A DNA stretch of 57,265 bases, taken from assembly GCA_963796795.1 (NCBI GenBank), contig CAWCNA010000003.1, forward strand, positions 1-57,265, given 5' to 3'. The position numbers were made by a program, and so were the translations under genes. Position 1 is the stretch's first letter; each line of letters begins with the position of its first letter. Shown piece after piece: positions 18,634 through 25,819 of this stretch. The notes beneath the pieces were generated by a model that ran no database searches, was not told the DNA's origin, and saw only the letters and a program-made list of their open reading frames with translations. This DNA is from Candidatus Adlerbacteria bacterium (lineage in GTDB: Bacteria; Patescibacteriota; Minisyncoccia; Phycocordibacterales; SBAW01).

Positions 18634-19185
18634 ATGGCAAAACAAGACACAAGCGTTGGGCGAGCATGGTACGCGATCCATACATACGCGGGCTACGAGA
18701 ACGCCGTTGCGCGCAACCTAAAGCAGCGTATCGAATCACTCGGCCTCACTGACAAAATTTTTAATGTTGTTGTCCCAACCGAGCGCACCGTCAAAATTAA
18801 AGGCGGCCGCCGTGTTGAGGAGGAAGAAAAGGTGTACCCAGGTTACGTGCTCGTCGACATGATAGTGGACGACCAGTCGTGGTTTGTTGTACGCAACACC
18901 CCTCGCGTTACTGGTTTCGTTGGCTCAGGAGTCAACCCCGTACCGCTTGCACAGTCGGAAGTCGACACCCTACTTGGCCGCATGCAGGAGAAGGAAGGCT
19001 CGGTCAAACATGCTATTGATGTTGTCGTTGGCGACTCGGTCGTCATTGTTGATGGTCCGTTTAAGGAACTTGATGGCAAGGTGGGCGAGGTGGACGAAAG
19101 CCGTGGCAAAATTAAAGTGCTTGTCTCGATGTTCGGCCGCGAAACTCCTGTCGAGCTGGACTTTTTGCAAGTAAAGCGTATATAA
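18634..19185 (+). CDS. nusG: transcription termination/antitermination factor NusG
   Basis: WYAIHTYAGYENAV (NGN domain) and the KOW motif GDSVVIVDGPFKELDGKV. The start was trimmed to ATG 18634. Confidence 0.92.
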   Translation: MAKQDTSVGRAWYAIHTYAGYENAVARNLKQRIESLGLTDKIFNVVVPTERTVKIKGGRRVEEEEKVYPGYVLVDMIVDDQSWFVVRNTPRVTGFVGSGVNPVPLAQSEVDTLLGRMQEKEGSVKHAIDVVVGDSVVIVDGPFKELDGKVGEVDESRGKIKVLVSMFGRETPVELDFLQVKRI

Positions 19186-19282
19186 GGTAGTATCCTAAGG
19201 CTTATCAATCGCGACGAAGGCAAACCGGCCTCGTCCTGCGAAGTAGGATCGAGAGGGTTGCCGCAGAAGCAGAGTAAATATC

Positions 19283-19705
19283 ATGGCAAAGAAAATAACT
19301 AAAAAACTGAAAATCATCGCACCGGCAGGCAAGGCAACGCCGGCGCCTCCCTTGGGTACGACACTCGGCCCCGCCGGTATCAATATCGGCGAGTTCGTAA
19401 AGCGCTTTAACGATGCTACCAAGGACATGATCGGCGACATGGTGCCGTGCGAGATCACCATCTACGAAGACCGCTCATATGATTTTGTATTAAAGACTGC
19501 CCTTGCATCGGGCCTTATCCTCAAGATGCTCAAGGCAGAAAAGGGTTCGGGCAAGCCTAATACAGCCAAAATTGGCACTATAACAAAAGACCAGCTCCGC
19601 CAGATTGCAGAGCTTAAAATGCCAGACCTCAATGCCAACACCATTGATGCCGCAATGAACATCATTGCAGGCACTGCTCGAAGCATGGGCGTAGACGTTA
19701 AATAA
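19283..19705 (+). CDS. rplK: 50S ribosomal protein L11
   Basis: KLKIIAPAGKATPAPPLGTTLGPAGINIGEFVKRFN is the canonical uL11 sequence. Confidence 0.95.
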   Translation: MAKKITKKLKIIAPAGKATPAPPLGTTLGPAGINIGEFVKRFNDATKDMIGDMVPCEITIYEDRSYDFVLKTALASGLILKMLKAEKGSGKPNTAKIGTITKDQLRQIAELKMPDLNANTIDAAMNIIAGTARSMGVDVK

Positions 19706-19716
19706 TTAACGTCTAC
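19691..19716. repeat. perfect 11-bp inverted repeat spanning the rplK stop codon
   Basis: gtagacgttaa-ataa-ttaacgtctac. A third copy of gacgttaaataat occurs at 19784-19796. Confidence 0.9.
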
Positions 19717-19796
19717 GAGCCGCAGACGCGACGGCGTCGAGGCGGGCCCGCGCAATTTTCCAGCTGGAAAATATGTGTGGGTGGACGTTAAATAAT

Positions 19797-20294
19797 CTAT
19801 CTTTCTAACGTAACCCAGGAATATGCGAGCCCGTTGTGCTCGCGTTTTTCTTTTGAAATTTCTTTAGTAAATTCTTGTTCGTATTCAGGGAAAAATGTAT
19901 CCGCTTCTCTTGTATCGTCAATAAGGGTGAGATAGAGGCGGTCAACAAAGGGAAGTGCTTGTTTATATAAGTCAGCACCGCCGCCGATATGTATTTCTTC
20001 TTGATCTAATTCGCGAGCTTTTTCTAATCCTTCTTCAAGGGAATGAACAACTGAAACTCCTTCATATTTCCAATCTGCATCACGAGTTACAACAATATTA
20101 GTACGGCCAGGGAGTGGTTTGCCCAATATTGAAATAATAGATTCGAATGTTTTACGGCCCATGATTATTGGGTGTCCAAGTGTGAGTGCCTTAAAGCGCT
20201 TCATGTCTTCTGGAATATGCCACAAAAGCTCGTTGTTTTTCCCGAGCTCGCCGTTTTTGCCAATGGCTACAACTATAGCAACGCGTGCTGCCAT
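19797..20294 (-). CDS. folA: dihydrofolate reductase
   Basis: VAIVVAIGKNGELGKNNELLWHIPEDMKRFKALTLGHPIIMGRKTFESI. Confidence 0.9.
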   Translation of the reverse strand: MAARVAIVVAIGKNGELGKNNELLWHIPEDMKRFKALTLGHPIIMGRKTFESIISILGKPLPGRTNIVVTRDADWKYEGVSVVHSLEEGLEKARELDQEEIHIGGGADLYKQALPFVDRLYLTLIDDTREADTFFPEYEQEFTKEISKEKREHNGLAYSWVTLER

Positions 20295-20295
20295 A

Positions 20296-20931
20296 TTATT
20301 GTTCGGCAGGAAAATCTTTTTTAAGCTTTTTTATATCCCCGTTGAAAATGAACTTCATTTCGGATGCTTTTTCTTTTTTGCCTTTCTCGACAACATCCTT
20401 TTGATGCCAGCGGCTTTTTCGTGGAGTCACTTTATGAGCAAGCTCTTCAAATACAATCTGGCAGAAGCGCTCACCCGGGTGGAGTTGGATAACTTGGGAG
20501 CGAGTGTTGTTACGGATAGGCAGTGTAAGAGGGCCCTCGTATCCGGAGTCGATAATGCCAGTCAAATCTACCGACAACCCTTTTCTGTTTACTGACGAGC
20601 GGGGATAGAGCACGGCCATCAGGTCATCAGGCACTTTTATTGTTTCAAACGTCGAGACTAATACATATTCTTCAGGGAGAAGGTCAAAATGCTGTCCCTG
20701 CTCAAGCTCGACAATGTCGAAATATTCCGGCCCATGGTCGCGGAGAGGGTCGATAGCTATAGCTTCGCGGCCGCGGTCGGTCAAACGCCATGCTTTTGGC
20801 ACAAGGAAAGTGAACCCGAGTCGGAGATCAACGGCATGCGCCTGCAATTGAAAACTATCGAGGCTCGGCGAAAATACGATGTTTTTTTCTCGAACGCGCT
20901 TTAAAATTTCTTCTTTCGTAAGTACTGACAT
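20296..20931 (-). CDS. dcd: dCTP deaminase family protein (dCTP deaminase/dUTPase fold)
   Basis: AVDLRLG..., YPRSSVNRKGLSVDLTGIIDSGYEGPLTLPIRNN, and FCQIVF. Confidence 0.85.
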   Translation of the reverse strand: MSVLTKEEILKRVREKNIVFSPSLDSFQLQAHAVDLRLGFTFLVPKAWRLTDRGREAIAIDPLRDHGPEYFDIVELEQGQHFDLLPEEYVLVSTFETIKVPDDLMAVLYPRSSVNRKGLSVDLTGIIDSGYEGPLTLPIRNNTRSQVIQLHPGERFCQIVFEELAHKVTPRKSRWHQKDVVEKGKKEKASEMKFIFNGDIKKLKKDFPAEQ

Positions 20932-20935
20932 GTTT

Positions 20936-21772
20936 TTATAAGACTACCTGCAAACCTTTAATTGCTTCAAGTGGATTGTACTGTGACATTATATTTTCGA
21001 CGATCTCATCGAGCAGTTTTTTGTCTTTTTTCTCTGCACGATCAAATGCATTTTTTGGAAGGGTTACATGAATGGCCGGATGTTTGTCATGGCGTCCTAG
21101 TATCTCTTTTGCCGCTTCGTACTGATTGTCGTATATATGTGCGTTTGAAACGGAGTGAGAATATATTCCGGGTTTTACTCCAAGTTTCTGTGCAAGGATT
21201 ATCTGTAACAACGCGAACCCTGCAACGTCCGCCGGGAGTCCCAATATAACGTCATTTGACCGCACTATATTGTGCAAGTGCAACCTTCCTCCAATGATGT
21301 TTACAGTAAATGTATATGGGCAGGGAACATTCTTTTTCTTAAACAAACTTAACCCGTCGGTTGCCGGGTCCCAGGTCACGACAACGCCGTGGCGTGAACT
21401 CGGTTCTTTTTTGAGAAGATCAACAAGAAGCCCGAGCTGGTCGCGGCCGAAATGTTTTCTCCATCGATATCCGTAGGCAACCGTAACTACATCGGCAGGA
21501 TTCGTAAAATTATCCCAAATTTTTGTGTAGTCCCGCAAAAAATCTGCTGGCTTGCGCACGCCTGCAATAAACCAAATCTGTTCAGCGACGAACATTTTTA
21601 TAGGAATTTTGCGTAATGTGAGAATGGGAAATCCTTCTTTTTCTATATCTATAGAGAAGTGCATGCCGGGAATCGCGGCAGTCTCGTGCTTTGTCCGCTC
21701 CGACATTTCCCGGATACCTTTGTCGACGATAGTGCCCAATAATTCCTGGTAGATAGAGTCGAATCGGGCCAT
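20936..21772 (-). CDS. thyA: thymidylate synthase (ThyA) family enzyme with Asp at the uracil-selecting Asn position
   Basis: Ungapped match to E. coli ThyA across the active site: PC(151)PYTF..., R171-S-N-D174, LGLPAD(182)V, and AH(212)IY. Asp182 is codon GAC at 21229-21227. Confidence 0.85.
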   Translation of the reverse strand: MARFDSIYQELLGTIVDKGIREMSERTKHETAAIPGMHFSIDIEKEGFPILTLRKIPIKMFVAEQIWFIAGVRKPADFLRDYTKIWDNFTNPADVVTVAYGYRWRKHFGRDQLGLLVDLLKKEPSSRHGVVVTWDPATDGLSLFKKKNVPCPYTFTVNIIGGRLHLHNIVRSNDVILGLPADVAGFALLQIILAQKLGVKPGIYSHSVSNAHIYDNQYEAAKEILGRHDKHPAIHVTLPKNAFDRAEKKDKKLLDEIVENIMSQYNPLEAIKGLQVVL

Positions 21773-21843
21773 GGCGCAATTATAGGGGCGGGGGAGGTAA
21801 GCAGCAAATAGGCATCTTTTGTCTCGGGTGGTATAAATTTAGG

Positions 21844-22332
21844 GTGACTGAAATCACCTATCCCTACCTACCGAAAGGCCGCACTATTAAGTACGTGCCG
21901 GAAAACAATCCCTTCATACAAGAAGCAAAAGAATATTCGCGAACTCATTCGCTTGACCGCTCTGTTCCGACAGGTTCTGTCATAGTAAAAGACGGTGTTG
22001 TGATTGGCCGTGGCGCCAACGGCAGCGACTATCACAAAACTCACGAGTGTGAGCGCGTAAAACAAAAAATCCCGACGGGTCAAGGGTATGAGCTGTGCGA
22101 AGGATGCCACCCAAAGAATCACAGCGAACCTAATGCGATTGCCGATGCACAGGCGCATGGGCATGATACGACAGGTGCGGGTCTTTATTTATATGGACAT
22201 TGGTGGGCATGCGAGCCGTGCTGGAATGCGATTATTGCTGCAGGAATTAAAAATGTCTTTCTTATGGAAGGAAGCGAGCGCATCTACAATCGAGAGCATC
22301 CAGACAACAGGGTCGGAAAGGATTTTGCATGA
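21844..22332 (+). CDS. dCMP deaminase (ComEB/cytidylate deaminase zinc-binding family)
   Basis: HSEPNAI (the HxE motif) and ACEPCWNAI (PCxxC). GTG start. Confidence 0.85.
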   Translation: MTEITYPYLPKGRTIKYVPENNPFIQEAKEYSRTHSLDRSVPTGSVIVKDGVVIGRGANGSDYHKTHECERVKQKIPTGQGYELCEGCHPKNHSEPNAIADAQAHGHDTTGAGLYLYGHWWACEPCWNAIIAAGIKNVFLMEGSERIYNREHPDNRVGKDFA

Positions 22333-23024
22333 TGAAAGGAAGACTCATAGTTATTGACGGCTCGGACGGTACGGGGAAGGCAACCCAGACCAAGCTTTTA
22401 GTTGATCGTTTGCGGAAAGAAAATATCCCCGTCGAGACGCTCGATTTCCCGCAGTATGAGAGCAACCTGTTCGGTAAACTTATAGGCGAATGTTTGTCGG
22501 GCCTGCACGGTGATTTTATAGGCCTCGATCCAAAGATTGCCTCGGTACTGTATGCCGCTGACCGATTTGAGTCGAAGCAAAAAATTGAAAAATGGTTAGC
22601 TGCGGGGAAAGTGGTGGTGCTCGACCGCTATGTGAGTGCGAACCAAATGCATCAAGGAGGAAAGATTCGCGGCACCAAAGAGCGCAAGCAATTTTTACAA
22701 TGGCTCGACCAGATGGAGCACGGCGTGTTTGGCTTGCCGCGTCCCGACATTATTTTGTATCTGGCGCTGCCTGTTGAAATAACCCTCAAACTACTTCAAG
22801 AAAAACAGCTGGCCGCGAAGAAAAAATATCTAACAAAGGGAACGCGCGACCAGGCCGAAAGCAACACTAAACATCTGTTCGACTCCCAACAGAGTGCCCT
22901 AAAACTCATTCAAGCTTCAAATGCCTGGAAAAAGATCATCTGCTCGAATAAGAAGGGTATCCTTCCTCGCGAGGATATACACGAGAAAATATGGTCAATT
23001 GTGGAGCCTCTGGCATCGCGGTAA
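22329..23024 (+). CDS. tmk: thymidylate (dTMP) kinase
   Basis: P-loop VIDGSDGTGKATQ and the DRY motif LDRYVSANQ. The start overlaps the upstream stop (ATGA). Confidence 0.9.
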   Translation: MMKGRLIVIDGSDGTGKATQTKLLVDRLRKENIPVETLDFPQYESNLFGKLIGECLSGLHGDFIGLDPKIASVLYAADRFESKQKIEKWLAAGKVVVLDRYVSANQMHQGGKIRGTKERKQFLQWLDQMEHGVFGLPRPDIILYLALPVEITLKLLQEKQLAAKKKYLTKGTRDQAESNTKHLFDSQQSALKLIQASNAWKKIICSNKKGILPREDIHEKIWSIVEPLASR

Positions 23025-23033
23025 TATTTATAT

Positions 23034-23369
23034 ATGGATTTTGACGAGTACCAGAAACAGGCTTCCCAAACAGCCACCTTTAATAAGGACGATGCGGACT
23101 ATATCCGGATGTACTTATCGATGGGGCTCGCAGGAGAGAGCGGCGAAGTGGTTGAAAAAGTTAAGCATGTCATAAGAGATGTAAACGGGGTTCTTACTGA
23201 TGAAAAACGTGAAGAGATAAAAAAAGAAATCGGCGATGTATTATGGTACTTGTCGCAGCTTTCGAGAGTGCTCGGCATTTCGTTTCAAGAAGCGGCTGAG
23301 TTAAATATCACAAAAATCTTGGACCGCCAGAAACGGGGCGTTCTCAAAAGCGAAGGAGATAATCGATAA
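23034..23369 (+). CDS. MazG-like all-alpha nucleoside triphosphate pyrophosphohydrolase
   Basis: 111 aa. GLAGESGEVVEK and EIGDVLWYLSQL (the EExxE/D metal motifs of the MazG family). Confidence 0.8.
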   Translation: MDFDEYQKQASQTATFNKDDADYIRMYLSMGLAGESGEVVEKVKHVIRDVNGVLTDEKREEIKKEIGDVLWYLSQLSRVLGISFQEAAELNITKILDRQKRGVLKSEGDNR

Positions 23370-23426
23370 CTTTTTATGATCTAAGTTTCCAGACATTACT
23401 GATTTACTAACCTCACAGTATTTACT

Positions 23427-24695
23427 ATGGATTCTTACGATCACATCAAAAAACAAGACGCAGAATTATACGACGTCATTCAGGGCGAAGAGACACGCGA
23501 GAGGGAAGGGCTCGAACTCATTCCGTCCGAAAACTATGTTTCAAAAGCAGTGCGCGAAGCTCAAGGGTCAATTCTTACTAACAAATATTCGGAAGGCTAC
23601 CCGGGCAAGCGATACTACGGCGGGCAGGAGTTTACTGATAAAGCTGAGATACTTGCGATTGAACGCGCGAAGCAACTCTTCGGTGCAAAATTTGCAAACG
23701 TACAACCGCACTCAGGGGCCTCGGCAAACATGGGGTTGTATTTTGCATTGCTCCAGCCGGGTGACACGGTGCTTGGCATGGACCTCAGTCACGGCGGCCA
23801 CTTAACGCACGGACATCCGGTTACCTACATCACAAAGTTCTTCAACTTCGTCCGTTATAAAATGAAGAACACCGATACTGGTGAAATTGATTACGAAGAC
23901 ATGCGCCGTGTTGCGCTTGAGACAAAGCCGAAGATTGTACTTGGTGGATATTCTGCCTACTCGCGCGAGCTTGATTACGCAAAAATGGCAGACATTGCCA
24001 AAGAGGTTGGAGCATATTCAGTAATGGATGCCGCACACATCGCGGGGCTTATTGCGGGCGGCGCCTGCAAAAATCCATTCGACTATGGCTTTGATGTTAT
24101 TACTTCAACAACGCACAAAACATTACGCGGTCCGCGCGGAGGGCTTATTCTCACGCGCGACAGCGAAGAAATTGCAAAGAAAATAGACAAGGCAGTATTC
24201 CCCGGCATGCAGGGCGGTCCATTGATGCACGTGATTGCAGGAAAAGCAGTCGCATTCGGCGAAGCATTGCACCCGTCATTTAAAACCTATACTGCGCAGA
24301 TATTGAGAAACGCGAAAGCAATGGAAGAAGTCTTCCGCGCAAGAAATATCCGTATGCTCGGTGGTGGTACTAGTAATCACTTGATACTCGCAGATGTATT
24401 CGGCTCGCTCGACATCCCCGGCAAAGAAGCAGAGGCAGTACTCGACACAGTTGGCATCACTCTTAACAAAAATGTTATAGCAGATGATACCCGCTCGCCC
24501 ATGGACCCTTCCGGTATCCGTTTTGGTACGCCAGCAATCACTACACGCAAATTGATGGAGAAGGAAAGTGCGCGCGTTGCTGAGCTGATGATAGACGCCC
24601 TTCAAAATCGCGCCGACCAAACAAAGTTAAACAATATTCACCAAGAGATTAAAGACCTCTGCGCGAAATTCCCCATACCGGATTCGTTCGTGTAA
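23427..24695 (+). CDS. glyA: serine hydroxymethyltransferase
   Basis: LIPSENYVS, GYPGKRYYGG, and TSTTHKTLRGPRGG (the PLP lysine). Confidence 0.95.
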   Translation: MDSYDHIKKQDAELYDVIQGEETREREGLELIPSENYVSKAVREAQGSILTNKYSEGYPGKRYYGGQEFTDKAEILAIERAKQLFGAKFANVQPHSGASANMGLYFALLQPGDTVLGMDLSHGGHLTHGHPVTYITKFFNFVRYKMKNTDTGEIDYEDMRRVALETKPKIVLGGYSAYSRELDYAKMADIAKEVGAYSVMDAAHIAGLIAGGACKNPFDYGFDVITSTTHKTLRGPRGGLILTRDSEEIAKKIDKAVFPGMQGGPLMHVIAGKAVAFGEALHPSFKTYTAQILRNAKAMEEVFRARNIRMLGGGTSNHLILADVFGSLDIPGKEAEAVLDTVGITLNKNVIADDTRSPMDPSGIRFGTPAITTRKLMEKESARVAELMIDALQNRADQTKLNNIHQEIKDLCAKFPIPDSFV

Positions 24696-24704
24696 AGTAG
24701 AGGC

Positions 24705-25802
24705 ATGAGTGCACGCTTTAATCGCTTCCTACAGCTCTGGAACAAGTACGAGCGGCCTCTTGCTGTTTTTACAGTCATTTGCGGCTTTAGCTTTGACCTC
24801 GTGCTCGCAAAACGCCCTGACAGCATCCCCGACAACTTGCTGATGCTGTTTTATCTAACCGTTTCGGCGGTGATTATCGTCGTACTCAATATGCGTTCAA
24901 AACGTGAGCAGGAAGGCCGGCAACCTATTGAACCCCTCGCGTTGCTGCTCGTACTGCAGTTTTGTTTCGGCGGCCTGGCAAGCAATTTACTTATCTTGTA
25001 TGGAAAGAGCGGCTCGATAAGCGGCAGCCTGCTCTTCATTGCACTACTGATTGGGTTGCTGGTGGGAAATGAATTGCTTAAAAGTCGCTATGCACAATTG
25101 CGATTTAATATCGTGGTGTATTACATCCTGTTGCTGACGTATCTCACTATCGCTATTCCGACGTTTATTCTCCACACCATAGGTACGCGGACATTCTTGA
25201 TAAGCGGAGCGGCAAGTTTGGGTGTAATGGTTGTGTTTTTGTTTGTAATATTTCGCCTCGTATTTCGCGGGAAGAACCGGAAACAAGGATTCCAAATGGC
25301 AGGGCTTATAGTTGGTATCTTTGTCGTCTTTAACATATTGTATTTCTTTAACATCATCCCGCCCGTGCCGCTATCGCTCAAAAGTGCGGGTATTTATCAT
25401 TCGATAGAAAAAGACAGCGCGGGAAATTATACCGGTACGTACGAACAAAAGGCGTGGTACGAATTTTGGCGCGATACATCCGACACATACACGGTAGCGA
25501 CAGGCCAGCCGGCATATTGTTTTAGTGCCGTGTTTGCGCCGGGCGACCTTTCAACGCCGATTTTGCATAAGTGGCAATATAAAGACCCTTCGACTGGGAA
25601 GTGGCTCGACGAAGGGGAAGTTATTTTTCCGATAACTGGCGGCCGAGCAGAAGGATATCGCGGCTACAGCATCGAGGACATTTCTGCAGCTGGTCACTGG
25701 CGCTGTGTTGTCGAAACGTCCCGCGGACAAGTCATCGGGCTTATCACCTTTACCGCACAAATCTCCAGCAGCACGGCGGTGCTTTCCACAACCACTCTCT
25801 AG
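24705..25802 (+). CDS. polytopic membrane protein with C-terminal soluble beta-rich domain (DUF2914-like)
   Basis: About 7 TM segments, then a domain ending ...GHWRCVVETSRGQVIGLITF. The family assignment is tentative. Confidence 0.65.
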   Translation: MSARFNRFLQLWNKYERPLAVFTVICGFSFDLVLAKRPDSIPDNLLMLFYLTVSAVIIVVLNMRSKREQEGRQPIEPLALLLVLQFCFGGLASNLLILYGKSGSISGSLLFIALLIGLLVGNELLKSRYAQLRFNIVVYYILLLTYLTIAIPTFILHTIGTRTFLISGAASLGVMVVFLFVIFRLVFRGKNRKQGFQMAGLIVGIFVVFNILYFFNIIPPVPLSLKSAGIYHSIEKDSAGNYTGTYEQKAWYEFWRDTSDTYTVATGQPAYCFSAVFAPGDLSTPILHKWQYKDPSTGKWLDEGEVIFPITGGRAEGYRGYSIEDISAAGHWRCVVETSRGQVIGLITFTAQISSSTAVLSTTTL

Positions 25803-25819
25803 CTGCTACTGTAATTACT

